Assembly (NCBI GenBank): GCA_964234715.1
Contig: OZ174275.1
From: Podarcis melisellensis
Lineage: Eukaryota
Strand: one strand, 5' to 3'
Length of the DNA stretch: 64,000 nucleotides
Part shown: positions 1 to 12,206 of the stretch, piece by piece
Layout: each line of letters begins with the position of its first letter
How positions within the stretch are numbered: the first letter of the stretch is position 1
Notes under the pieces: generated by a model
Seen by the model: the letters and a program-made list of their open reading frames with translations, nothing else
What the model was told of the DNA's origin: nothing
Databases searched by the model: none
Program-made: the position numbers and the translations under genes

Positions 1-172
1 AGCAAAATAAGGTGATGCCATCACAATACCGTGTAGCCAGCCAGATATGGCTATGTGATAATACAACGGAGGACAAGTCAGGCAATTAAGAGCAAGCGCA
101 ATGTCAATGTATCACAGAACTTTATCCAAAGAGTGCTGAAAAACAAAGTGGAAACATTCATCCCAAAAACAT

Positions 173-254
173 CATACGTTTCCCTTTTTTAAAGGGAAAA
201 TCCCTTATTTCAAATAGGATTCCTCGCAAGAAAAGGGAAAAGTTGACAGCTATG
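173..254. mobile_element. Small degenerate hAT (Blackjack-like) MITE
   Basis: Right end GTTGACAGCTATG, left end CATAC (partly deleted); near-8-bp TSD AAAAACAT/CAAAACAT. Confidence 0.45.
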
Positions 255-972
255 CAAAACATAGCTACATGTCTCTAACGGAAAGGGGCATGCAATTCCA
301 CACAGACATTTACCTCATAGCCAGAAAAGGAACCAACCAAATTCACCTAAATTGTATCAATTTAGATTTCTCCGTCCAGAAAACTATTTTAAAAACATAG
401 TCCAAGGAACACAAAATTTTACCCGGGGGGGTGGGGGATAATCCTGGGGGGAAAGAGTAAGCGAGAATTAACTTCATGCTGCAATGGCAATGCAAGCTTA
501 TGCTAGCATAACATCCCTAGTTCTTACCATGAGTATCCATGTTTGCTTTAGCAAAGCCATTGGAACAAGGGTTTTGTTTTTACATTTGATTTAACACTGA
601 CCTTAGGTAATCCTTGCTATTTAACTCCCTGGTCTTCCATGCACATCTCCGTCTTGACAATGTAACCTTTTCTCCCTCCCTTTTTTGTGTGAAGCATCTT
701 TCATATAAAATACAACTCTAAATATATCTCAAAGGGCTTACATGTTTCTGGTGTCTCAAAAACTCAACATCAAATGTGCTCAGTACACCAGAAAATTTAC
801 TTCTAGTTGATGGCTCTGCTTTTAGAAAATAGTAGAACTGAATCTAATTACCATAAAATAGTTTAGAGAACTTTTTAAAAGGAGTTTTGTGGTAATAATC
901 AAAAGGTATACTTTTGTACATGCAAAAAAACACACCCCACTGTTGAATATAAAAAGATTTGAGTCCTATAAC

Positions 973-1488
973 CAGGGGCGCCGACTTATAAAAAATATTG
1001 GGGGGGCGGGGGCCCATACCGACTTATAAAAAATATTGGGGGGGGCCCAAGACCTCCCAACCGCTGCTGCTGGGGGAACGAAAGGGGCGAGCCCCGGGCT
1101 GCCCCGACCTTAAGTGAACCTGTGAGGGCCCGCCCTTTGCGGCAGCCGATTGGCTGCCGCCATGGGCGGTGAATATTAATGAGCTAGGGGGAATCCCCGC
1201 TTCTCGCGGGGCTGACGCCAGCCCCGCAAGATTGTTGATGGGTCGAGAGCCCGCAACCCCACCCCCTCTCTAGATCGGGAGTGGCTTTGTTTTAACTCAT
1301 TACTGAATGTATTTTAAAAGGTAACTATCGTCAAACAAGGAAAATAAAAAATACCAACATAATTTTGTGATTTTACAAAGCATAATATAACTAATAATTT
1401 TCTTAAATTATTGGGGGGGCAGAGCCCCCCCAAATGAATTTTTGAGGGGGCTCGGGCCCCCTCAGGCCCCATGGAGTCGGCGCCTATG
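973..1488. mobile_element. Non-autonomous hAT DNA transposon, GC/CpG-rich
   Basis: TIR CA(GG/TA)GGCGCCGACT at both ends; near-identical 8-bp TSD CCTATAAC (965-972) / CCAATAAC (1489-1496). Confidence 0.8.
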
Positions 1489-1539
1489 CCAATAACCAGT
1501 GCAAGGCTGCCACCCTCCCATCTAAATCTCCACACACAC

Positions 1540-1822
1540 AGCCACTGAGCCTTTGGCCAATCACCATCTCTTAGCCCAGGCATCCCCAACCTGCGGCCCT
1601 CCAGATGTTTTGGCCTACAACTCCCATGATCCCTAGCTAACAGGACCAGTGGTCAGGGATGATGGGAATTGTAGCCAAAAACAGCTGGAGGGCCGAAAGT
1701 TGGGGATGCCTATCTTAGCCTAACCTACTTTGCAAGGTTGTGGGGAGGACAAATGGGAGGGAAAGAGAGCCATGTGTGGCGGGCGCCTTGAGCTTCTTGA
1801 AGGAAAGATGGGATATAAATGT
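1540..1822 (+). mobile_element. Old CORE/MIR-like SINE interrupted by a hAT MITE
   Basis: CORE-like CTTTGGCCAATCACCATCTCTTAGCC|TAACCTAC...GGTTGTG and L2-type tail CCTTGAGC...GGGATATAAAT. Confidence 0.6.
1577..1712. mobile_element. Palindromic hAT (Charlie-like) MITE; decayed relatives at about 4311-4415, 5425-5530, 6483-6545 and 59350-59465
   Basis: TIR AGGCATCCCCAAC / GTTGGGGATGCCT; perfect 8-bp TSD TCTTAGCC (1569-1576, 1713-1720). Confidence 0.9.
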
Positions 1823-1935
1823 ATTAAAAATGGGGAATGCATATGCCACCACTATGGAACCTCATCATAAGGTTCCGTGTATTTTTAATATTTGCAATAG
1901 CGTGGTAAAAATATTATTTGCATTAACTTTTTTAC

Positions 1936-1972
1936 ACTACACTTGATCTTAGCCAAAAGGTCAAGAAGTGAA
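1936..1972 (-). pseudogene. 3'-truncated (tailless) U2 snRNA retrocopy covering U2 nt 1-37
   Basis: Minus strand TTCACTTCTTGACCTTTTGGCTAAGATCAAGTGTAGT versus U2 ATCGCTTCTCGGCCTTTTGGCTAAGATCAAGTGTAGT; flanking direct repeat GCATTAAC(A)TTTTTTA. Confidence 0.88.
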
Positions 1973-2094
1973 GCATTAACATTTTTTAGCAGTTACATTC
2001 CACTGCTGTTCAGTCTGTGACCCACAAAGACATTTAGATAACATTCAGCTATGACTTCCCCATTCCATACATGAAGCTTTGATTCTTTTTTAAA

Positions 2095-2285
2095 AAAATG
2101 CATCTAAATGCAGGACTTTGCATTTATCTATGTTGAATTTAACCTCTTGATTTTGGCTCAGTGTCCAGCCTGTTGAGATCTTTTTCAGTTGCAAGTCTGC
2201 CTTCTATAGTATTAGCTATACATCCCATCTTTGTGTTATTCATAGATTTGATAAGCATCCACTCTACCCCATCATCCAAATGCCT
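2095..2285 (-). mobile_element. CR1 LINE reverse-transcriptase fragment (decayed)
   Basis: Reverse strand resembles the CR1 RT region around LIKFADDTKLGG and M.FN..KCKVLHLG. Confidence 0.6.
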
Positions 2286-2786
2286 TTTGAGTTAGGTATA
2301 GTAACTTCAAAGGGTTAGGTCAGATTCACCTGGCAATTTGGGGCTTTAAAAGAAAATCCTAGCGGTTTCAGGAATGTGGTAAGTAACAAATATACCATTA
2401 GGAGTTCATTCACAATCTCACTTTCCTGCCACATGAGAACAACAAGGGAAAGTAATTTTGTGGGTTTAGAATCTCAAGGTCTAGGCTAGCAATATTTTTA
2501 ATGAAGCTGCCCTGGGCCATACTGATTGACCTGGGATGTGTGAGGAACGTCCTCCACCACTTAGGAACTTCATGGCACACCAGCATTATTTTGCCCAGGG
2601 CAGCCCCAAGCAACTTTCAACCAAATTAGGAGGCGGGGGCATTCTGGCACCATTTTTTCTATAAGAAAGGCACTGGGTGCAGCCATGAGAAGATCAAGCA
2701 CTTTCACTTCCATGTTTAATTAATTACAGTTTAGCATTACATCTGAACACAAAATTGTTAATCTCATGAATGGTGTGTTCAATGTA

Positions 2787-2940
2787 CAGTGGTACCTCAG
2801 TTTATGAACTTAATCCATTCCGGAAGTCCGTTCTTAAACCAAAACCATTCTTAAACCAAGGCGCACTTTCCCTAATGAGGCCTCCCGCCGCCGGCGCCTT
2901 TCCACCATTCGGATTCCGTTCTTAGACTGAGGTAAACTGT
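2787..2940. mobile_element. Truncated Tigger/pogo-like MITE (left end only)
   Basis: TA|CAGTGGTACCTC terminus shared with the other copies in the window. Confidence 0.65.
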
Positions 2941-3034
2941 CAAATTTGTATCATATTGCTCCCCTCTTCCTTTGTTTTCAGTGATTTGTAGGCATTAAAT
3001 AATAATAAATAATAATAGTAACCACAACAACAAC

Positions 3035-3243
3035 ATCATTATTAGTTCTACCCCACCCATCTGGCTGGGTTGCCCCAGCCACTGTGGGTGGTTTCCAAAA
3101 CACAATAAAACATCAAAAATTAAAAACTTCCCAATACAGGGCTGCCTTCAGATGTCTTCTAAAAGTTATGTAGTTCTTTATCTCCTTGACATTGGTTGGG
3201 AGGGCGTTCCACAGAGAGGGTGCCACTGCTGAGAAGGCCCTCA
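3035..3243 (-). mobile_element. L2 LINE 3' end; further copies at about 5535-5660 (-) and 34360-34520 (+)
   Basis: Translation RAFSAVAPSLWNALP...FRRHLKA is typical of the L2 ORF2 C-terminus, followed by 3'UTR and an AT-rich tail. Confidence 0.8.
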
Positions 3244-3291
3244 GCAAATGCTTTTGGATCCCCAGGATGAAAGATACACCATGGTTACAAT

Positions 3292-3438
3292 CAGTGTTTT
3301 TTTCCTGGGGGGACGCAGGGGTACGCATACCCCTAAACATTTTGTGAATCTATGTTTGGCCTCATTGATGGGGCAATATTTCAATCTGAGTAGGAAAAAG
3401 AGTGTCCCTAAACATTTTTTTAAAGTAAAAAAGCACTG
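3292..3438. mobile_element. hAT MITE
   Basis: TIR CAGTG(C/T)TTTTTT; perfect 8-bp TSD GTTACAAT (3284-3291, 3439-3446). Confidence 0.88.
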
Positions 3439-4096
3439 GTTACAATCCTAAACTTCTCTCCCTAGAACTTCATTGGCACAAAGAGGCTTATTTATAAGTA
3501 AATACGCATAGGATTGCATGCTCATATTATATTTTAACCAAACCCAAGCAAGACAGCAAAGAGAAATGCAGCACAAATATACTTTGAGCGAAGCCCCCAG
3601 CCTATTCTGAACTGAACCGGTAAAGAACAAAACACCCCAAAATAGATTAATTGCATTATGTGCCAGTGCTGGAGATGCATATCGGAAGGGGGTGGGCGGA
3701 GTGAGAGATGGATGAATTCTCTTGTCACACCTCCCAATATGCTAGTAATTAAAAACAGCAGTCTTTACCTTGTTGAAATCTCCAAAGTGCCAAGGCCGGA
3801 TTGCACTGAACACATGTAGCTCAGAGACCACCTGCCAAGAAATGAATGCAACAGCAGCATGATGAACAAGGGATAGGCTGCTGCTGTTCAGATGCACCAC
3901 TTCACAACAAGAGGCTGCAGTAGATTCTCAGAGCTTCCAAATCATTTATCTGCTGAGGGGGAAGGGGACAGAGAGACTGTCTCACTTGTGTGTATGTTTT
4001 TGTGCAATTGTAGCAGGTCTGTGAATCCTAATAACTGGGCGACACACAACTGATGAATGTCAATTTTCCAGCTGCTTTCTTTACAGTCACTCTGCT

Positions 4097-4270
4097 AGAT
4101 TCAGGTAGGTGTTGGTCTGACGCAGTCGAAATAGAAAATTAAAAAATAGTCCAGTAGCACCTTAGAGACCAACTAAGTTTGTTCTTGGTATAAGCTTTCA
4201 TTTGCATGCACCCAGATATCTGAAGAAGTGTGCATGCACACGAAAGCTTATACCTAGAACAAACTTAGTT
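4097..4270. mobile_element. Penelope-like (PLE) terminal-repeat fold-back element
   Basis: Inverted arms 4167-4211 and 4230-4274; PLE-type GTCCAGTAGCACCTTAGAGACCAAC end; flanking 12-bp direct repeat AGTCACTCTGCT (4085-4096, 4271-4282). Confidence 0.7.
4214..4255 (+). ncRNA. Minimal type I hammerhead ribozyme motif (PLE-type)
   Basis: AGATAT-CTGAAGA-A-GTGTGCATGCACAC-GAAA-GCTT-ATACCT: core boxes, palindromic stem II, palindromic AGCT stem III, and stem I AGAUAU/AUACCU with one mismatch. Confidence 0.62.
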
Positions 4271-4449
4271 AGTCACTCTGCTGTTGAACCAAATGTCATC
4301 CAGTCCACAGCAGCCTTCCCCAACCTTCTGTCCTCTAGACCAGGGATCACAGGTGCTTTGAGGTTATGAGAGTTGGAAGCCAGCAGCATCTGGAGGTATC
4401 AGGTTGGCCAAGGCTGGCTTACACTCTGTTCCAGGGAAGAAAAAGAAAA

Positions 4450-4765
4450 TAATATTTGACAGTTCTTGGAGAACAGGTGAGGTCCCTACAGACTGGAGGC
4501 AGGCAAATGTTGTCCCCATCTTCTTCACAAATGGGAAAATATAGGGCCCAGGCAACTTCTGGCTGGTCAACTTACCATCAATACCAGGGAAATTCCTAGA
4601 ACATATAATTAAACAGTTGGTCTGCGAATGCTTAGAAAAGGATGCTGTGATTATTAAGAGTCAACATGGGTTTCTCTAAAACAAGTCATGCCATACTAAT
4701 CTTATTTATTTATTTGATAGAGTTTCAAGCTTGGTGGATCAGGGAAATGCTGTGGATGTAACTCA
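4450..4765 (+). mobile_element. CR1 LINE ORF2 fragment (start of RT domain)
   Basis: Reads SWRTGEVPTDWRQANVVPIF...GPGNFWLVNLPSIPGKFLEHII...SQHGF, typical of CR1 RT. Confidence 0.85.
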
Positions 4766-7700
4766 CCTTTCAAAGGGACACGACTGAGAACTATATCATT
4801 CAATAAGAACAAGCCACATTTGGAAGATACCTTCAGGAAGTCAATCCAATAGAAGGAAATATGTTGTTTTAAATGAAGGACCTCTAAAATTCATAGTCAA
4901 ACTCAGTGACAGATGTGGCATAAACTGTGCAGCTTTCCTCTCTCTTCAAGCCCAATTTCAAGCTCAACTCTTCTCCTGTTATGTCAAATCTAGTCCCTTT
5001 CTTTGTTTATGACTACTTTTTCGGTTTTCTCTGCAGGTAAGCTTATCATTTCTTGTAGGCACAGAACAAATGCCAAAATAATCCTGCTGGAGAGCAAATG
5101 TCAACCCCATGCTGCTTCCTCTTGTAGTAATTATTGTTTCTGATGTCTAACTCTGCTGCAGAGCAGAAAAGGGTGGGGTGCAGAGAGAAGAGAGGAAACA
5201 CAACTGGTGTTTCTACAAGGCCCAACTCTCCCCAGCTACATTGAAATGGCTTGCACTGATATGGTTAGATCACCAAAGGGTCCACTGGGTGAATAGATAC
5301 ACACAGGAGGAATGAGATTAAAGCTGCAATGTTATGCACACTTCCTTGGGAGCACGCCCAACTGAACACAGCAGAACTTGCATCTGAGTGAACATGAGTA
5401 GTTTTGTACTTCATATGAACCTGGCTCTGGAGCAAGGATACAGAAGCTGTAGTCCTCCAAATGTTCCTGGACTTCAGTCAGCCCTAGACAGCTGGGCAGG
5501 GATGATAAGAGTTGTATTCCAAGAACATCTCAATATAATAATAATAATAATTTATTATTTATACCCCGCCCATCTGGCTGAGTTTCCTCAGCCACTCTGG
5601 GTGGCTCCCAATCAAGTGTTAAAAACAGTACAGCATTACATATTAAAAACTTCCCTGAAATCATTCATCTCCCAGAAATGCTTATTCCATGAACATGGAG
5701 AAGTAGTCTGTGATCTGTTTGGACCTGTTTAGAGACAGGAGTCCCTGAATAGTCCAATCATCTACTATGGAATAACAGAACTCCATCACTGGTGTAGATA
5801 CATACACAGGACCATTCTATGCCCTTGTACTAAGTCCCAACGTGTTCAGTGATGTCTGTAACTCCCAGGGAGGACTAACCTTCATCCAGAAGAATTTGAA
5901 GACATTAATGGCACACAAGGGGAGCCAGTTGGTCAGCCTCACCCTTCACCTGACAATCTTGAAGGAGATATTGAACTGCAAAGGCTATTCCCAGCAGATC
6001 ATTGTAGGTTTCATATCATTAGTTTTTAGGCGGCCTAATCAAGCTGGAGGGATAATTTATGCATCAATAATAAAATGCAAGCTTGGAAGAAGCTGGCTGC
6101 AAACCCTTCAGGAAATGCAAATGGGCAGCAAAGTATCTCTAAGCACCGCCTTATGAGGGCAGCTGTGAAGCAAAAAGCAAGGATCTTGCAACGTGTGCTA
6201 CCGTCACCAGCCTTAGGGCAAGACCTTTGGGTCCCTCTTCTATTCCGGTGATATGCATAATGAAACAATTAGTTCCCAACACCAAGGCTGAAAAAGCAAC
6301 TTCTAATGCTTTGATATCGCAATCTGGGGTACATGAAGAAACCATCTGCCAGCTACCTAATTTGCCCATCTCTCCTTCCCCAAAGAATTTCCTTTGTTAT
6401 GCAGAGTTTGCACTAACACAAAATAAACCAGCATGTCAGCACCTTCACTGTCTGTTAAAACTACAGGCTTGCTAACAGAAAAGGTGCAGGGATCCTGTAG
6501 CCTTCCAGGTGCTGTTGGGTTCCAACTCCCAGCTGCCCCAGGCTATTCAGCAGGTACCCTTCAGCAGGTTCCACAACTCTTGAGCATGAAATATCATTTT
6601 ATTACCCTCTGCTCATGGACTTTGGGTGCTGAGCAATCTTAGTGTTATCTCAGCACTTTTCCTGAGCAGAGTAGCTTCATTAGCACACCACAATTAGGGA
6701 CATTAATGCAAAGCAAAGTAGCCAGCTAGTTTCTATAGCTGGCTTGATTATTATTTTTTTAACACATGGCATATAGAAGTATGAAATCTGAACTCATACC
6801 AAGGCTTGGCTTATAAGCATGGACATCACCACAAGGCAGCTATTTTCTAGACCATAGTAGTAACTCTTGCCTGCCACACGGAAGCAAGATGATGAAACTG
6901 ATGGAGTGCTGCAATGCCAACTCCAGGTTTAGAGAGTCCTTGGACAAGGTATTTGTTGGTTGGAAATAGGTATATAAAAAGGAGAATTCTTGGATGCCAA
7001 GCTCCAGGTTTGGGGCAGGTACTCTTTAGTAAGAGAACCCCAGCAGAGATTTAAAATCACAAAACATGCAGCAAAGTAAAGCATGGAAATATAAGCTGTT
7101 AGACCTTTAAAAGATGCTCTTCTAAGTTCCTGCCAAAGCTTCTCACTCCCTCTAGCATAGAAAAACACCACACATTTGGAAAGTTAAAAATGGTTTACTT
7201 ACAAGATCTTTGAAGGTCAGATTCATGTGCTTTTCCATACAGCATTCAGAAAGCACAGGCAGCAAAACTTAGGTTAGTTCCCAAGTGGTGAAAGTTTCTA
7301 ATTCTTTATAAAGGAACATAATGATGGCTTTGTAAAAAGGCCATGCAGTCTGAGCCTGGAGCAACCAGCTAAGACCTCTTCACACACCGGAGTTCACATG
7401 GTGGACTGAGGGAACAACAGGACTAGACTACCTTCCTCCTAAGGAGAAGGGGAGTGGCCTAGCTAAGTCTGGCAGGACAGCTTACTCTATGGCATTAACC
7501 CCTCCGTGCATTAATTAGACTTGAGCATTTGGGTTATATGAGGCTGTATTCTCAGAGGGCCCTCCACTTTGAGTGTGCCTCCAGCTGTTCCTTGCGAAAA
7601 ATGCATTGCAGCTTACCACAGGGCATGTTATCATACAATCCAGCATATGGCTAGATATCATGATAGCATTCTAGTCATAAAGAATCACACATTACCTGAT

Positions 7701-8914
7701 GGGCAGCTGTTGTGGCCAGAGCATTGTGCAATAAGACCCATTCCATTCCTGTGATTGTGAACCAGGGCAATGAAACTTGAGAGGCCCCTGTCCACCTCCC
7801 TGTTGCTCTAGAAGGGGAGATGATCTGAGACTGCTCTTTAAATACTATAAAGCTACATCATAGTACAAAATAGCAACATACGAAGGCTTAGAACAGGTAC
7901 TACGCAGCATATTTCAAGCCCTCAGGCAAAACGTCTTGAATTCTTCAGAGGAAATTATATATTTATTGCCATGTGGAGAATATTTGGAGACAATTCTACA
8001 CTTTTTCTAGCGGGAAGGGGAAAGAGGAGAAAAACCTCAGACATTTTCTCAGGAAAAAAGCCTTCTGTTAAATGTTGGCTCAGCTGTTTTTCACCCTGAT
8101 GAAAGGGATACACACTCACCAGAAGCAGAAGATGGGAGAAGGAAAGAACAGGGAGGCAGGAAACTGAGAAAAGGATTGTACCATCCCAATTAATGTGTTG
8201 GAGTCAAAACTAAAATCAGAAGATAGAGATTATCAAAAGAATTGAAGAAGTGGAGAACCGATTACTGAAAGGCTTCTTTGACACAGAGACACACACAGTA
8301 CTCATGGTACAATATTTTGTCAGCTATGATCAGTGAAGTGCTCAGGTATGGGCAGGGTTGAAAAAACACTCAAGTGTAAAAGAGAAAAGAAGCAACAAAT
8401 ATACTTAAAAGTTACATACACGCAAGGTATTTCCAGTGCATTAGGCAAGGTCAAAGACAAACTGACACGAGCACTTTGCAATGCACATCCATTAGAAGTG
8501 GTATTCTCAAATGCACCCTAATGGAAATGACATGAAGCCTTTTGCTATTTCGCCTGCCGCATCTTTGGTTTCCCATTGACTTTGGGATAAGCCAAGAGGC
8601 TGAGTAGATCAGGGAGTATAACTGTGCATCAGGTGTCGATAATTGTTTGTCTTTTATGGCAGTGATGCGCTCTCCACACTCTACTGAACACTCATGTTTT
8701 GGAAATAATTAGGTTCAATATGCCTAGGGGACAAGGATCCAGAAAGTCAAAACTGCATGCTGTATAGCCATGCAAGATATAGCAAGCATCAAAAGTAGGA
8801 AACTCACTCCTCTAAAGTAAATTAGCATGCCTCCCTGAAAGTGATTGTAATTATACACACACATAAAGATGAAGCTCCAGCCACACTTGAATTTAAAGAT
8901 TCGTTCTTATTCGG

Positions 8915-9085
8915 GGGTTGTTGTCTTTTGCACATACAGCATCTTCCTTGCTGTATTATATTATATTGTTTTAATTAGTGTTTTTATAGTTGTTCTGATT
9001 TTGAGTGGAGTGCCCTATCTGGGTGGATGGAGCAGCCAAGTAATTTCGTTGTCCCTGAGAGGGGGCAATGACAATAAAGATATTA

Positions 9086-9137
<52 letters not shown>
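8915..9137 (+). mobile_element. Probable Rex1/Babar-type LINE 3' end with (TTA)n microsatellite tail (about 9087-9137)
   Basis: Terminal AATTTCGTTGT...CAATGACAATAAAG motif followed by a triplet-repeat tail. Confidence 0.5.
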
Positions 9138-10195
9138 GCCAGTGTCTCAAAGTCTTTGCCCTGTGAGGATCTCCTAGTTGAAACATCAATGAGAATACAT
9201 GATATAGCTATGTAAAGAGATTGTTCTCCTGTTCTCTTCAAGTCTCACCCTTGAATGTGGCTTTTACTAGTCTCTCCTCATTTTATCATTGGTCCAGATT
9301 TTAGAAGGGTGTTGAAAGTTGGCGTTCTAATTGTTGCTAGCAAAGGATATCTTGGAGATGGAGGGTGCATGCCTGGCATTGCGATGGGTCTTTTACTTTG
9401 TTTTGTTTCATGATTAAGGTTTGTTCAGACATTAGAGACAAAAAAAGTGGTCCAAGTAGCCATTTCTATCACAGGCATGTGCTGTAAATTTCATTACCAT
9501 GTGCATTCAGGGAATTTATTTATTTATTTATTTCAACAAAGGAAGAAGTGGAGGGAATGATAAGACAAGCAAATAAGGACAAGGAAGAGGCAAAGAGGCA
9601 AAAAGCTAACAAAACAACCACAAAAGTGGTCATGCAGAGAAAAAGGCCTGTGCCAAGCTGACCAGATGCAGGGCAGATCTGGAGGGCTGAGGACTGGACT
9701 CTTCCTCCTCCTCCCTGCTTCCATGCTACAAAAGCAGTCCCTCACCGGTACAGATCTTCACCAAAGGTGGTGAGCCGATGTCAAGGCAGGAGGCAAGAGC
9801 AGGTCTGCAATATCTCATGAGGCATCCATGAAGTCAAATTGATTCAAAGAAACAAAACAGCTCAGGGCTAGTGAGCACAGCAACTCTTCCCAGTAGGTCT
9901 TGCCCCAATGAGGCAGTTGTGAGGACTGAAGGTCCTCACCTTCCTACAACTCCCTAAGTCTCCTCTTCCCCTGGGACCTGACATTGCGACTTCCTCACCT
10001 TGTCTGTCTTTGCTCTGCTCTCTTCATACCTCTGCAGGTTCTGGGAGACCAAGATGGGAGGGGAGCTGGTTGCAGCAGAAGGGAGAGATGCCCTGGCTTG
10101 TTTAGCAGCCTGATTCATTTCTGCCACTTAGCCCTCCTTCTTTCCAGACTTTGCTTCTACCTCTGATTCTGGACTGATCTTTGCCATAGACTCTC

Positions 10196-10566
10196 TTTTT
10201 TAAAAAAATAATAATACATTTTTATTAGTTTTTAACATATTAATTAGAATTCATCCAACAGAACTTCACATCTTATACAATACTTTTTGGACTTCCGTCA
10301 ACGCCTCTGATGATTTTCCGTTCTTATTCCTTATTATGCATTTCTTCATTTTATATTTCCTTTCATTATCTTTAACTAATAATTCTCATTGTCTTTTTTG
10401 CAATATTTCAAATAATTTGCCTCACAAAACTTCTTGCAAACCTACTAGCGCAATCTGTCCATCACAATTACTTTTCAAATAGTTCATAAATTTACTTGTC
10501 TTCTGAGAATCTCTGGTCCTGCAGGTTTCAAATCCTTCCTGTTAGTTTAATTCTGCATAGTCCAGG
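10196..10566 (-). mobile_element. 5'-truncated L1 3' end (ORF2 C-terminus, 3'UTR and A-tail)
   Basis: Minus strand reads DYAEL.KLTGRI...KFMNYLK (frameshifted), then AATAAA and an A-rich tail; direct repeat TCTTTGCCATAG at 10178-10189 and 10567-10578. Confidence 0.7.
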
Positions 10567-12206
10567 TCTTTGCCATAGTCTCTTCCTGCTCACTAAACCC
10601 TATTACCTCTCCAGCTTCCAACACCTTCTCCTCCCAGTCTGCTCTTCTCTTTCTGACCACTCATCATCATCCCACCACCAATCCCCTTGGGGGTTTCCCA
10701 GCTGGTGCCTCCCACCGCCCCTCTGCAGCCAGCCAGCCAGATCAGAGTTCACTCAGAGACAGAGCTATGAGACGGATGCAGAAGCAGGCAGAAGAAAAAA
10801 GCTGGAATGGATCTGCAGTTTCCGCCTGCATCTGTCTCTGGAAGTAGCATTGGGGCGACTGGTTCCAGCACAGAGCATGATACACTGTATGATCCTCATA
10901 CAGTTCTTGTGAGGATAAAATGGGGATGCCCTGCATGCCACCTTGAGCTCCCTGGATAAAAGGTGGGATACAAATAACTAACTACATATTATGTAGCTAT
11001 GCTGCACCATAACCAGCCTTCTCTGGTTGGCCCACATCAAAACTTCAACACAACCCCAATCCAATCAGGTATTTATGACAAGTGATGAATTCTTCCTCAA
11101 AAATGTCAGCCCATCAGCTTTAGCAAAGATCTTTAGAATAAAATTCGGAAATGTAGGAGGAGGGAGAAAATGAGAGGACACTTTTATTCTACTTACACAA
11201 AAAAATTGCAAACAAAATTAGTATCAAGTTTGGGGGGGAAACATTTTTTGAGATTCTCCCCCAAATCTTTGGGCTATGCTATTGTTAATAAAGTGTGTTA
11301 ACCATATTCATTCATTTGTATGCTGTGCATAATATAGTCGCTAGCTACTGAAAGGGATTAGCATTTAATCTGTTCAGCTGTGAGCTACCAATTGCCAGCC
11401 CCTGCTGAATGCAATGTATTACTTAAGTTCTTTGTGAGCCTGGAAGTTTATAAACAAAATTGCCATACGGGGCATAATTTTGCTTATGAATGTGTTTACT
11501 GTATGAATGGCTCCCTGTTAGCAGTCAGAACACCATATTGGTAAGTGGATATAGACAGATACACTTTTGTTTTAGGGTTAATTTGGGACAGGTGAATCAC
11601 TGAAGCAGCAATTTATATGGCTAATTCATGGAAGCGATTCAACAGCTTTGCTTAAGTAGTTGTCAGATTTGGCTGTTTTATTCCCCGGCAACACATCTCC
11701 ATTTGTTCACAAATTGCTAAAGGCAGTTCACAATTATTTGTATTGTTCTTGAAATGATATACATGGGATCGACCACAGAATTAGCACCTGTGTTTAGATT
11801 AGAGAATGTGAAAGGTGAAATGTGGCTCCAAGCACTCACTGCTGTGTTCTTACCAGGACTTCTGAAGTAGAGTTTTGGGTCTCCTCCAGCCTCTCACATT
11901 TTTGCAGATAGGATTCGGTCGGAAATTTAGGTTTGTGCGATTATAGTTGATTAAAACACTCTGGGGCAACTTTAATGAAAAAAGGGACACTTTTTGTTGT
12001 TAGGCTGTAGGATAAGATTGATGGGAAGACTATAACCTCCATGCAAACAAATCAGAACAGAAATCCTCGTTAATGTGTAGGCATGGTATGACCTCTGCAC
12101 AAGCTTTCTGCAAGCAAATCAGGATGCTCAGCGAAATGATCATCTGGAGCAGCCCCTGAAGTACCTTTAGACCAAGCACCTATTGACAGATTATCACACT
12201 AAAATT

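Noticed and set aside
10496-10912. 138-aa plus-strand ORF
   Set aside because: Non-ATG start inside an antisense L1 remnant, low-complexity pyrimidine-rich content and no recognisable domain.
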